Shown piece after piece: positions 29,963 through 40,970 of a DNA stretch of 64,000 nt. Below the pieces are notes generated by a model. That model made no database searches. It was not told the DNA's origin and saw only the letters and a list, made by a program, of their open reading frames with translations. The position numbers were made by a program, and so were the translations under genes. Source of the DNA: Bacillota bacterium (GTDB lineage: Bacteria > Bacillota > SHA-98 > UBA4971). Where the stretch lies: positions 16,096 to 80,095 of the forward strand of contig DAOSZN010000003.1 in assembly GCA_035593725.1 (NCBI GenBank), read 5' to 3'. Each line of letters starts with the position of its first letter. Position 1 is the first letter of the stretch.

Positions 29963-31524
29963 GAGGCAAAGGCACAGTAAATGCCGGGAACAAGAAGAGA
30001 CAGTGGTGGATGCTCCTTGTAATCCTTGCTGTGTGCGCGGTAGCAGTGGCAGGATACGGGTTATCAAAGAGTATTTCGGAGCGCCGAAAAACCGCGGCAT
30101 CCGAAGACTTGTATCAGCTTGTTCCGGTGGGACACGGCTCCGTAACTTTAAAGATTACGTCTTCCGGCACAGTAAAACCGGGGTCAGTCTATCAGGTTAC
30201 ACCTAAGCTCAACTCCACAATTAACGATATATTTGTGAAGCCCGGGGACATTGTAAGGAAAGGTCAACTCTTGGCAACTCTTGACAAAACAGACGTTTTG
30301 GAGCGCCTCCAAGAAGCCAAAGATAATCTGGCTATTGCTGAAGCTAAACTTCAAGAAGCGGAAAGCCAAGCCGACCTGGCGCCTGTCCAAGCCAGACTTC
30401 AGGTAGAGCAGGCAAGGGTCAACCTTCTGAATGCTGAGGCTAAGTTGGCCCAGCTTAAGGAGGGCGCCAAACCTCAAGACATAGATCAGGCTAAGACACA
30501 AGTCAGACAAGCACAACTTAGCTGTGAAAACGCGGAAAATGAATACAATCGGTACAAGATACTATTTGAGCAAGGAGCAGTAACCCGTCAACAGCTGGAA
30601 AACGCAGAGAATAAACATCTAACCGCAATTGAGTCTCTCAAAGCTCTGGAGCAGAAGTTGGATCTTCTCCTGGCAGAACCTGATCCGGCAGAGCTTGCTG
30701 CGGCCGAAGCGTCAGTGGCCCAGGCCGGAACAAACCTCCAAGTGGCAGAGGCAAATGAGGCATCCCTCAATACCAGGCAGCAGCTCCTCACAGCGAAAGC
30801 ACAGGTGGCTCAGGCAAGAAATGCGGCTAGTGCAGCGGAACGCAACGTAATTCTTACGAACGTCGTATCACCTGTAGACGGGACGATAACCGAAGTCATA
30901 GCTCAGCCAGGGTTGACAGTAGGGCCGTCTAATACGCTTTTTGTGGTCACGGATCTCAAACACTTGAACGTCATAGCTAACGTTGATGAAACTGATGTCC
31001 ATAGCGTTAAAGCAGGCCAAGCGGCAAATGTGAAGGTAGAATCGATTCCCGGAAGAGTATTCAAAGGAGTCATTGAAAGCGTCGCTGAGCAAGGCAAAGT
31101 CATCAGCAGCGTAGTGTACTTTGAAGTGACGGTGAAAGTCACCGATGACAGCGGAGCCCTGAAAGCCGGCATGACAGCGGATGTAGATATTATCACAGAT
31201 GAGCGGTCCGATGTGCTCATCATTCCCAATTCAGCGCTGGAGAACTTCAGAGGATTCACAGCTGCCCGCGTACTTAACGAAAACGGGGAACCTTTCTTCA
31301 AACGTGTGGAACTTGGTATATCTGACGGGACAATAACAGAGGTTATTTCCGGGCTGGAAGCAGGTGAAATGGTGGCAATTCCCCATCCCGGCACAGGCGT
31401 CGCACGCACGACCTCCGACAGGATTCAGGAAGGGGCGCGAAACCCGATGATGCAGTTTATTCCCGGCGGAGTCATGCCGGGTCCTGTTGAACCTGGCAGA
31501 AGCAGGTTCTCAGGTGAAAGGTAG
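29950..31524 (+). CDS. Efflux periplasmic adaptor subunit (HlyD/MacA family)
   Basis: 524 aa. N-terminal membrane anchor, a long coiled-coil hairpin, and beta-barrel and membrane-proximal domains. Confidence 0.8.
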   Translation: MEGMRGKGTVNAGNKKRQWWMLLVILAVCAVAVAGYGLSKSISERRKTAASEDLYQLVPVGHGSVTLKITSSGTVKPGSVYQVTPKLNSTINDIFVKPGDIVRKGQLLATLDKTDVLERLQEAKDNLAIAEAKLQEAESQADLAPVQARLQVEQARVNLLNAEAKLAQLKEGAKPQDIDQAKTQVRQAQLSCENAENEYNRYKILFEQGAVTRQQLENAENKHLTAIESLKALEQKLDLLLAEPDPAELAAAEASVAQAGTNLQVAEANEASLNTRQQLLTAKAQVAQARNAASAAERNVILTNVVSPVDGTITEVIAQPGLTVGPSNTLFVVTDLKHLNVIANVDETDVHSVKAGQAANVKVESIPGRVFKGVIESVAEQGKVISSVVYFEVTVKVTDDSGALKAGMTADVDIITDERSDVLIIPNSALENFRGFTAARVLNENGEPFFKRVELGISDGTITEVISGLEAGEMVAIPHPGTGVARTTSDRIQEGARNPMMQFIPGGVMPGPVEPGRSRFSGER

Positions 31525-31560
31525 ACTCGAAAAACAGCGTCTGTACGGGGTGACTTAAAC

Positions 31561-32325
31561 ATGATTGAAGTCAACGAATTGACAAAAATTTATAAAATCG
31601 GCGACATTGAGATTCCTGCCCTACGAGGAGTGTCCCTCTATGTTGACAAAGGTGAATTTGTTGCTGTCATGGGCCCTTCAGGCTCAGGCAAGACCACGTT
31701 CATGAACATATTGGGATGCCTCGACCAGCCGACTGAAGGCTCATACCTCCTCGACAGTATCCAAGTGAGCGAAATGAGTGATAAAGAGCTTGCCCGTATA
31801 CGAAATCAACTGATTGGGTTTGTCTTTCAGACTTTTAACCTGCTGCCGAAGATGAGTGCAATTGCCAATGTGGAGCTGCCGTTAATTTACAGGGGTGTGC
31901 CAAAACGGGTCCGAAGGCCTCTTGCTGTAAGCATGTTGGAGTTGGTAGGACTCGGGGACAGACTCCTCCATAAGCCTCTTGAACTCTCAGGTGGCCAACA
32001 ACAACGGGTGGCTATAGCAAGAAGTGTCATCACACACCCTAAGATTATCCTTGCAGACGAGCCTACAGGCAATCTTGACACGAAATCCGGCAGGGAAATA
32101 ATGGCCATATTTCAGGCATTGAATGACAGTGGAATTACTGTGATTATAGTCACCCATAACGCTGATATTGCCCAATACGCTAAGAGAATTGTGAGGTTTC
32201 TGGACGGACGCATTGTAGCGGACGAGACTGTGTCCGTGCGGACAATAGCGGATCGGAACGAATCACTGAACAACCTAATCGCAGGGCTCCAAGACGAGGT
32301 CTCCGGGGAGGTGAAAGCAGGATGA
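31561..32325 (+). CDS. MacB-type ABC transporter ATP-binding protein
   Basis: 254 aa. Walker [10 protein letters not shown], signature [13 protein letters not shown] and Walker [12 protein letters not shown]. Confidence 0.9.
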   Translation: MIEVNELTKIYKIGDIEIPALRGVSLYVDKGEFVAVMGPSGSGKTTFMNILGCLDQPTEGSYLLDSIQVSEMSDKELARIRNQLIGFVFQTFNLLPKMSAIANVELPLIYRGVPKRVRRPLAVSMLELVGLGDRLLHKPLELSGGQQQRVAIARSVITHPKIILADEPTGNLDTKSGREIMAIFQALNDSGITVIIVTHNADIAQYAKRIVRFLDGRIVADETVSVRTIADRNESLNNLIAGLQDEVSGEVKAG

Positions 32326-33530
32326 ATCTACTGGAATGCATCAGTGTGGCACTGATAAGCGTTAGAAGCAATAAGATGCGGTCAGGCCTTACTATGCTGG
32401 GTGTAATCATAGGAGTCGCTGCAGTCGTTATAATGGTCGCAATCGGCGAAGGCGCTAATCTCCAGGTTTCGTCGCAGATTCAGAGGCTTGGTTCAAATCT
32501 TCTCGTTATTACGCCAGGCAGGACAAGAGAACCCGGCGCACGCACCATGGGTGCATTCGGAAGTATGGATGTTCTAACCCTGGAGGATGTGGAAGCCATA
32601 CGTGACGAGTGTCCCTCTGTCCTTGCAGTTGCCCCTGAGATTTCAAGAGGAGTTACACTAAGGTACGGGACAGGGAGCATGCAAACCCAGCTTATAGCAA
32701 CAACCCCTGAGTACCTGTCAGTGCGAGCCTTCAATGTCGCCGAAGGAACGTTTTTCACAAACGAAGATGTGCGTTCCGCTGCCAAAGTGGCTGTGGTGGG
32801 CCAGGGTATTGCAGATGGGCTTTCACCCGGGGAAAACCTAATAGGAAAAGAAATCAAAATCGGTGAAACACGTCTTTCGGTTATAGGTGTTATGGAAACG
32901 AAAGGTCAAAGCGGGATGATGAATATAGACGATACCGTTTATATTCCGATAACAACCGCTCAAAAGCGTATCCTCGGCACAAAATATGTCCGGACAATAT
33001 ACGCCCAGGCACGTAATGCAAAATCCATGAGTTCAGCAAATGATGAGATAGTATCAGTCTTAACTACGCGGCTCGGCAAGGCTGAAGCCTTCTCCGTAAG
33101 TAACCAGGCTGATGTCCTAGAGGCAGCTCAAGATGTTACTCGCGTGTTCACCATTCTTCTTGCCGGCATCGCCGGTGTATCGCTTCTCGTCGGCGGGATC
33201 GGGGTTATGAATATAATGCTTGTTTCTGTCACTGAACGAACAAGAGAGATTGGGCTGCGAAAATCTGTGGGTGCACGGATCACCGATATTCTATTGCAAT
33301 TCCTCATCGAATCCATTGTCCTAAGCGTCGTAGGAGGGGCAATAGGCATCATCGTGGGAATTGCCGGTTCGAAGCTCGCAGCCCGGGTTACAGGATGGCC
33401 CAGTGCCATCTCTGCTGTGTCGGTACTTATTCCTTTTGCCTTTGCCGTGGCTGTCGGGCTCTTCTTCGGCATATACCCGGCAAGCAGGGCAGCAAGACTA
33501 AATCCTGTAGAAGCCTTGCGTTACGAATGA
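32322..33530 (+). CDS. MacB/FtsX-type ABC transporter permease
   Basis: 402 aa. N-terminal transmembrane helix, a large periplasmic domain, and a C-terminal FtsX bundle of three helices. Confidence 0.85.
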   Translation: MNLLECISVALISVRSNKMRSGLTMLGVIIGVAAVVIMVAIGEGANLQVSSQIQRLGSNLLVITPGRTREPGARTMGAFGSMDVLTLEDVEAIRDECPSVLAVAPEISRGVTLRYGTGSMQTQLIATTPEYLSVRAFNVAEGTFFTNEDVRSAAKVAVVGQGIADGLSPGENLIGKEIKIGETRLSVIGVMETKGQSGMMNIDDTVYIPITTAQKRILGTKYVRTIYAQARNAKSMSSANDEIVSVLTTRLGKAEAFSVSNQADVLEAAQDVTRVFTILLAGIAGVSLLVGGIGVMNIMLVSVTERTREIGLRKSVGARITDILLQFLIESIVLSVVGGAIGIIVGIAGSKLAARVTGWPSAISAVSVLIPFAFAVAVGLFFGIYPASRAARLNPVEALRYE

Positions 33531-33577
33531 TTTGCCCGGCTTTACCCAAGTGACCGCCTGATTTTCACTCTTATCCA

Positions 33578-33610
33578 GAATAAAATGACCGGGAAACCCC
33601 CGGCCTTTCC
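33578..33610 (+). terminator. Terminator after the efflux operon
   Basis: GACCGGG-AAACC-CCCGGCC hairpin followed by TTTCCGCTTCTT. Confidence 0.4.
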
Positions 33611-33622
33611 GCTTCTTAATAG

Positions 33623-33698
33623 TGGCGCGCCCGGAGGGATTTGAACCCCCGGCTTTCTGATCCGAAGTCAGACGCTCTATCCACTGAGCTACGGGCGC
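33623..33698 (-). tRNA. tRNA-Arg, anticodon TCG
   Basis: Minus-strand cloverleaf GCGCCCG-TA-GCTCAGTGGATAGAGC-G-TCTGA-CTTCGGA-TCAGA…GGGTTCAAATCCC…CGGGCGC-G-CCA. Confidence 0.9.
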
Positions 33699-34096
33699 GC
33701 TTCGTAACTTGATTCTACTTGGGCTTCAGCGTTTTGTCAATGCCGTAGAAGTCCTGTCTTGTTAGCTTGTGGTAATTTCATCCCATAGACAGTCCGAGAG
33801 AAGGTGTTTTATTACTGTTTGAAGAGGTTCTACTGTAAGCGTCACCCTTCACTCTAAACCTTGACTGCTTTGGCTCTGATTCTCACTGTAAGCCTTCTTA
33901 TTAGGTGTGGCCGATTTTCGGCCACAAATTTTTCTTGGCTGTATGGTTTTCTGCCACTTTTGGAGGGGCGACAGGTTCAGTGGTCGAGAATCAGCCAGCA
34001 GGAGGCTTATCAGTGACTGATTTCCAGACACGATTTCGCTTCAGGTGCCGGAATATCGAACATCTGATCGCCGGAAATAGGTTCGTTGGGGGATTG

Positions 34097-34180
34097 CTGA
34101 CAGAAAGTCAGGCACATTTTCCAAAAAGGTGACAGAAAGTCAGGCACATTTTCTAAAAAAGTGACAGAAAATCTTCCACC
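34097..34180 (+). repeat. Tandem repeat of about 32 nt, 2.3 copies, each containing palindrome TGAC-N5-GTCA
   Basis: TGACAGAAAGTCAGGCACATTTTCCAAAAAGG, then TGACAGAAAGTCAGGCACATTTTCTAAAAAAG, then TGACAGAAAATCTTCC…, read directly from the sequence. Confidence 0.8.
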
Positions 34181-34572
34181 TGAGCCTCAAGAAGGCACCA
34201 AAACCCTTCGTCTGCCCAAAAGTGTGGTCGAAAAGCAGACACCCTTGCAGTTGGAGGTGGTTGAAAACCTGCCACTTACCAGCTTTTTGCTGCGAAAATC
34301 AAAAACGATGGCTGAAATTAAGGCATGGCTGCAAAAAATGTGGTCGAGAATCGACCATCTCCTTCTTACTTACAGCGACAGCGGGAGTACGGCTTATCCC
34401 ATCTTCAATAGCGTAATCCTAGGCGGGGGTTATTTTACACTTCCGATAATTTCGCGTGAATGTTTTTGTGGTTCCGATTGAGGCTGTAGACACGGCTTTA
34501 CTGAAGGTGGGGGCTATTTTATTTGACGCTCACGTTCTATTGAATACACTAAGGGCGTAAAAGAAATGAAAA

Positions 34573-34667
34573 TGGCGGAGAGAGGGGGATTCGAACCCCC
34601 GCGCGGTTTGTTGCACCGCCTAAAGGTTTAGCAAACCTTCCCCTTCAGCCAGCTTGGGTATCTCTCC
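34573..34667 (-). tRNA. tRNA-Ser, anticodon GCT
   Basis: Acceptor GGAGAGA/TCTCTCC, anticodon stem AAGGT/ACCTT with loop TTGCTAA, a long variable arm, T-arm GGGGG-TTCGAAT-CCCCC, and CCA. Confidence 0.85.
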
Positions 34668-34825
34668 GCTCAGGTTAACTTATTTATTCTATTTGGAGCA
34701 GTATCCTGCTGCAAGCTCTGCCCCGATACTTGATAATATAGCATATCCAATGCCTAAGGGCAAGATCTTTCCAGACTAACTTTTCTTCTTCAGAATCTCC
34801 CCACGTCATGAAAGTATTGGTATAT

Positions 34826-35742
34826 CTAAGTTTTCTTTTCCTTCTTCTTCGGTTCAGGGCTAACAACCCAAACAGCAAGCGCTGCAGGTATGGAAATAGC
34901 AGCATACAGCGAAAAAGATGCCGGCCAACTAAGAATTCCGCTGCCCGCCCCAAGAACAGGACTTAAAACCCTGCCCAACCCGCTAGACGCTTCAAGCATG
35001 CCTGTCGCTGAACCGGACTGAGGACTGACATAGCAGGATAAACCGTAGAACAAAATAACTAAGAACAGATGGCGGAGGAGGTGGGATTCGAACCCACGAG
35101 GGCCATGAAGACCCTGGCGATTTTCAAGACCGCTCCCTTCATCCGCTCGGGCACTCCTCCGCAGATCACCGGGTCTTAAAGGGGCTAAACAGAGCCGTTC
35201 AAGCTAAGTCCCAAGGAACCCGACAACGTAATTATAGCACCTGCCGATTCCACAGGCAAGTAGCCCGAAAATCCACTGAGCAATTGAGAGTAGCTGGAAG
35301 AAAACATGAAAAGCTGCTCTTGAGGATGAGATAGGGGTAGAGCTTGATGCAGGAGGAATGTTCCTATTGATAGGAACACGCTTGCAGTAATACCCACGCG
35401 TCCCCCGTATGTTTCAACCAAGAGCTGTGGTATGGTTTCACAGTTCGAATTATGTAAGGGTTTGGCCAGGATTAGCCCAAGGACAAGACATGCAATACCG
35501 CCGGCCAAAGTAAACCACCAAGCGGAAAATCCATACTTGAAAGCCAGTTGAGCTGTGCCAATGGTGGCTGCCCCTCCTACCAAAGTGCCGAGGATAGTCG
35601 CGGCTACTAACATAGGGCCGGCTTGTTTGCCACCTACTGAAAAATCACTTACAGACTTAATCTTCCGGCCTGAGCACACCCCTATTACAGAAATAATTGC
35701 AAGAGTCGCTGCCATGAAAACAATGTGTAACGGTGTAATCAT
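34826..35742 (-). pseudogene. Disrupted sodium:solute symporter (SSS family) gene split around a tRNA-Ser gene
   Basis: The 35185-35742 ORF encodes a typical SSS N-terminus (GRKIKSVSDFSVGGKQAGP…GTAQLAFKYGFSAWWFTLAGG) that degenerates after about 140 aa. The 34826-35053 ORF encodes a typical SSS C-terminus. About 220 aa of the middle are missing, and tRNA-Ser(TGA) sits in between. Confidence 0.5.
35070..35160 (-). tRNA. tRNA-Ser, anticodon TGA
   Basis: Acceptor GGAGGAG/CTCCTCC, anticodon stem GCGGT/ATCGC with loop CTTGAAA, a long variable arm, T-arm GTGGG-TTCGAAT-CCCAC, and CCA. Confidence 0.85.
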
Positions 35743-35964
35743 AGTAGTTCATAAGACTCCTTTGTAATGTCGTCTATTACTTTTTGCCATCCAATATCAA
35801 ACTGATTATGTAGCCATTACCATGAGGTTAGGCGTGCGGTCAATCGCCGGAATAGAAGCCTCATCGCCTACAAGGAGGCCTCTATTCTCTGTCAGCGAAA
35901 TTGAGGCCTCCGTTATTCTTCTTTCTTTGGACCTCAGTATCCTGCGAGATCCGGCATTAATCTA

Positions 35965-37284
<1,320 letters not shown>

Positions 37285-37299
37285 TCAGCACAAACATAT

Positions 37300-37600
37300 G
37301 ACAAAGCCCCTCGCCCCCTCAAACCGGGACGAGAGGCTTACCTCCCGCGTTGCCACCCCATTTGGTTTAAGATAGCCTGCGCTGTGCCCAGGCACGATAA
37401 ATCTCAAGACCCACTCTGGCGTACGCTAACGGGTACACCCGGCCAGGCTTACTCAGCATTATGCCTGCCTTTCAACCCGCAGCTCAAAGGGGGATTCAGC
37501 TTGGCTTGGCACCGGTTCTCACCGTACCCGGCTCTCTTTAGCGCTAAGACCATAGCTTACTCATCCTTATCATCGCAAATAGCTTCTCTTTTTAAGTTTG
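37300..37600 (-). ncRNA. T-box leader (tRNA-sensing riboswitch) controlling serS
   Basis: Minus-strand RNA has Stem-I features AGAGA…GAUGAUAAGGAUGAGUA…. A specifier region contains the Ser codons UCU and AGC. The T-box sequence is GGGGUGGCAACGCGGGAG. A terminator GCCUCUCGUCCC-GGUUUGA-GGGGGCGAGGGGC plus UUUGUC follows. Promoter TTGAGT-17-TATAAT is at 37606-37634. Confidence 0.75.
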
Positions 37601-37658
37601 CGCCTATTATATCATCACACAAATCTCAACTCAATACCTAAGGAGATATTTGCCAGCT

Positions 37659-38585
37659 TTAGCCCATAGCCTCACGCGCCAGGAGTCTATCCCAGTTACG
37701 ATCCACATCTTCCTGGATCTCTTTGAGCAGATCCTCGTTTCCAGGCGCAAACAGGTGACGGAATCTCCCCTGTTTCTTCATCCATTCGCTCACCGGCTTC
37801 TTATTTCTGGGCTTATGATTGACTGTTACTACACCGTTTTCTATTTCGTAGAGCGGCCAGAAACAAGTGGAAACCGCAAGGCGCATTAATTCTATGGTTT
37901 CAGCAGGATCAAAGCGCCACCCCAGTCTGCAAGGGGCAAGCACGTTGATAAACGCCGGACCTTCAACTGCCAAGGCCTTCTCCACTTTTCCCGTGAAGTC
38001 CTTCCAGTTGCTAGGCGAAGCCTGAGCTGCGTATGGAATGTGATGAGCAGCCATTATCTCTGTGAGATCCTTCCGAATCTGCCTCTTACCGCTGGGAACA
38101 GCGGACCCTACAGGACTTGTTGTGGTCGACGCGCCCTTAGGGGTTGCGCTGGAACGCTGTATACCTGTATTCATATATGCCTGGTTATCGTAGCAGATAT
38201 AAACCATGTCATGTCCCCGCTCCATAGCGCCGGACAAAGACTGAAGTCCGATATCGTATGTGCCGCCGTCGCCACCTAAGGCTATGAATTGGATGTCCCT
38301 TTTTATCTTACCCTTTTTCTTCAATGCCCTGTAAGCGGTTTCCACGCCGCTGACAGTAGCCGCTGAGTTCTCAAACGCGTTATGAATGAATGGCACATTC
38401 CACGCGGTGAATGGGTAGATAGTTGTTGTAACCTCAAGACAACCGGTAGCACATCCAACAACAACATCAGTGTTGACCGCCGTTAACGCCTGTCTGATGG
38501 CGATAGGGGCGGCGCAGCCTGCGCATGCGCGATGTCCGCCGCACAGGAGTTCTTCCTTCATTGAAAGTTCCTTTAGACTTGCCAT
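37659..38585 (-). CDS. porB: 2-oxoacid:ferredoxin oxidoreductase beta subunit (TPP-binding; PorB/VorB-like)
   Basis: 308 aa. Cys cluster CGGHRACAGC, a TPP-binding GDG motif, and the last position in a gamma-delta-alpha-beta operon. Confidence 0.8.
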   Translation of the reverse strand: MASLKELSMKEELLCGGHRACAGCAAPIAIRQALTAVNTDVVVGCATGCLEVTTTIYPFTAWNVPFIHNAFENSAATVSGVETAYRALKKKGKIKRDIQFIALGGDGGTYDIGLQSLSGAMERGHDMVYICYDNQAYMNTGIQRSSATPKGASTTTSPVGSAVPSGKRQIRKDLTEIMAAHHIPYAAQASPSNWKDFTGKVEKALAVEGPAFINVLAPCRLGWRFDPAETIELMRLAVSTCFWPLYEIENGVVTVNHKPRNKKPVSEWMKKQGRFRHLFAPGNEDLLKEIQEDVDRNWDRLLAREAMG

Positions 38586-38598
38586 AATATGCCGCCTC

Positions 38599-39789
38599 CT
38601 ATTCCCTGACTCCGAGGTATGTGACAGGCTGTGTTATTTCACCTGTCTTAGCAATTTCCATTAGGTCATCATATACCCCGGCTATCTGTTCCATATTAAT
38701 GTCCCGACCTCCGAGGCCGTAAATGTAGTTTACCATCTTCACCCTTGGGCCGGGTGAATCATACATCGCAGCACGAAGATCAATATACAGCGGACCTCCC
38801 ATCAGAGACAAGCTGTCAGCTCGATCAAGCACAGCCACGGCTTTCTTGCCTGACAGAGCCTCAGCAATTTCCTTGTGGGGGAACGGCCTAAAGAGCCGAA
38901 TCTTAAGAAGCCCGACCTTAAGACCTTTTTCTCTCAACTCATCAACCACTGTCTTGGCAGTCCCCGCTGCAGAGTTGATAACCACAATGGCAACTTCAGC
39001 ATCATCAAGTCTGTATGCGTCGAATAAGTTGTATTCTCTGCCTGAAATCTCCTTAAACTCCTTGGCTACCTGAAGCACAACGTCTTTCACCTTAGTATGG
39101 GCATCCGCCAATTGGCGTCGATGCTCAAAATACCAGTCGGAAAAGTCCAAGGCGCCGACGGTTATGGGATTTTCCACATCCAAGAGATAGTGCTCAGGCT
39201 CATACTCACCTACAAACTTCTTGACCACATCATCATTGAGAAGCTTCGCGTTACCCATCCCATGGCTGACAATAAAGCCATCCATCGTCACCATAGTAGG
39301 AAGAAGCACATCTGGGTGTTCGGCGATACGAACTGCTTGAATAAGGTTATCATAAGCTTCTTGAGCATCTTCCGAATATATCTGTATCCATCCTGAATCC
39401 CGCGCCCCCATTGTGTCGCTATGGTCACAATGGATATTAATCGGAGCGGAAAGTGCTCTGTTCACAACCGGAGCCACTATAGGCAATCTGAGCCCGGAAG
39501 CGATATACAAGACCTCCCACATAAGCGCAAGCCCCTGAGAGGATGTGGCAGTCATCGCCCTGGCACCTGCGGCTGATGCGCCGACTGTCGCGCTCATCGC
39601 AGAATGCTCGCTCTCTACTGTGACGAATTCCGTATCGACTTTGCCGTCTGATACAAAATCAGCAAAGAACTGAACGATTTCTGTTTGAGGGGTAATTGGG
39701 TAGGCTGCCACAACATCAGGATTAATCTGGCGCATAGCCTCTGCTACCGCTTCATTACCGGTAATCGCAACTCTCTTACTCACCTGCAC
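38599..39789 (-). CDS. porA: 2-oxoacid:ferredoxin oxidoreductase alpha subunit
   Basis: 396 aa, full-length PorA/VorA-like. Confidence 0.8.
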   Translation of the reverse strand: MQVSKRVAITGNEAVAEAMRQINPDVVAAYPITPQTEIVQFFADFVSDGKVDTEFVTVESEHSAMSATVGASAAGARAMTATSSQGLALMWEVLYIASGLRLPIVAPVVNRALSAPINIHCDHSDTMGARDSGWIQIYSEDAQEAYDNLIQAVRIAEHPDVLLPTMVTMDGFIVSHGMGNAKLLNDDVVKKFVGEYEPEHYLLDVENPITVGALDFSDWYFEHRRQLADAHTKVKDVVLQVAKEFKEISGREYNLFDAYRLDDAEVAIVVINSAAGTAKTVVDELREKGLKVGLLKIRLFRPFPHKEIAEALSGKKAVAVLDRADSLSLMGGPLYIDLRAAMYDSPGPRVKMVNYIYGLGGRDINMEQIAGVYDDLMEIAKTGEITQPVTYLGVRE

Positions 39790-40090
39790 CAGCCTCCCCG
39801 TTCTCTCCTGTATCCAGCACCATCTCTATACATTTTCTGGGACACTCATGAGCACATATCCCGCATCCCTTACAGTGTTTGTAATCAATGCCGGACATTT
39901 CACCGTCTTTTATAAGTATTGAAGCATCCGGACAGTAAATCCAGCAAATCATGCAATTACTGCATTTCTCCTTATCCCAGACAGGCTTATGTGTTCTCCA
40001 GTCTCCGGTCTCATACTTCTTAGCACTGCCGGCTTCAAGGATTAGCCCGCCTATGGGAACATCCTTCCATCCTTTCTCTACGGCACTCAT
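39776..40090 (-). CDS. porD: 2-oxoacid:ferredoxin oxidoreductase delta subunit (2x[4Fe-4S] ferredoxin)
   Basis: 104 aa with two CxxCxxCxxxCP motifs, CSNCMICWIYCP and CKGCGICAHECP. Confidence 0.85.
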   Translation of the reverse strand: MSAVEKGWKDVPIGGLILEAGSAKKYETGDWRTHKPVWDKEKCSNCMICWIYCPDASILIKDGEMSGIDYKHCKGCGICAHECPRKCIEMVLDTGENGEAGAGE

Positions 40091-40662
40091 TCCTCCCCTT
40101 GCACCTCCTGGTAAGCCCTTTCAATAGCTTGAATGTTCTTCTCAACTATATCAGGGCGGAACTTGGCCTCAAGCCTGTCTCTGGTATTTGCCACAAATTC
40201 ATCGATTGTCAAGAGGCCGCTTGTCCTGATTAAAGCCCCCATCATCGGGGTATTAGGAATAGGTCTTCCTATAGTCTCCATTGATATCTCTGTCGCATCA
40301 AGTGTATATACCTTGCCACCTGTCAATCCCAGTTGTTTTCTCATCTCGCCGGGTGATAGGTTCGTGTTGATAATATACAATCCGTCCTCAGGCACTCCTG
40401 CAGTTACGTCCGCTTTTCCGATCAATGTCGAGTCAAGCACCACAACAATAGCAGGATTTGCCACCTGACAATGCAGTCTGATAGGCTCATCACTAATCCG
40501 GTTGAACGCAAGCACCGGCGCACCCATTCGCTCAGGACCGTACTCAGGAAACGCCTGAATATACTTGCCCGAAGCCGACACTGCTTCTCCCAGCAGGATG
40601 GCTGCAGTTTTCGCGCCTTGGCCGCCTCTTCCGTGCCAGCGAATTTCTAGAAGTTCTGCCAT
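40087..40662 (-). CDS. porG: 2-oxoacid:ferredoxin oxidoreductase gamma subunit
   Basis: 191 aa with WHGRGGQG at the N-terminus, typical of PorG. Confidence 0.8.
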   Translation of the reverse strand: MAELLEIRWHGRGGQGAKTAAILLGEAVSASGKYIQAFPEYGPERMGAPVLAFNRISDEPIRLHCQVANPAIVVVLDSTLIGKADVTAGVPEDGLYIINTNLSPGEMRKQLGLTGGKVYTLDATEISMETIGRPIPNTPMMGALIRTSGLLTIDEFVANTRDRLEAKFRPDIVEKNIQAIERAYQEVQGEE

Positions 40663-40970
40663 AGCCTGTCCCCCTCACATGTGCATAAGTATTGTTGCTA
40701 TCCAACCTCCAGCATGTTCATATTCGTCTGAAGGCATATTTTGAATACACACATAAATTATTTTAGCATATCCGGTGTACTTATGCACCTCTAAGTTGGA
40801 AATCGCATTAATAGGCATTTTTTGGATTTACTTTGCATTTAGTGTATGTTATCATATTGCTTGGGTTTAGCCGTGGATTACCATCGGCATCCAGTTTGCG
40901 CGAGCATCTTCGTCCTTCTTCTACAACTATATGAAACGGCAGGTGAATAGCCACGGGTAATAACATTAAA

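Noticed and set aside
33900-34480. CRISPR array in the repeat region
   Set aside because: The repeats are irregular in length and spacing, are palindromic or iteron-like rather than 25-40-nt direct repeats with unique spacers, and there are no cas genes.
33905-34481. ORFs 33905-34132 and 34161-34481 as protein genes
   Set aside because: No RBS, no recognisable fold or family, and odd composition. They overlap the repeat and palindrome array.
37384-37641. 85-aa plus-strand ORF
   Set aside because: It lies entirely within the serS T-box leader on the opposite strand.
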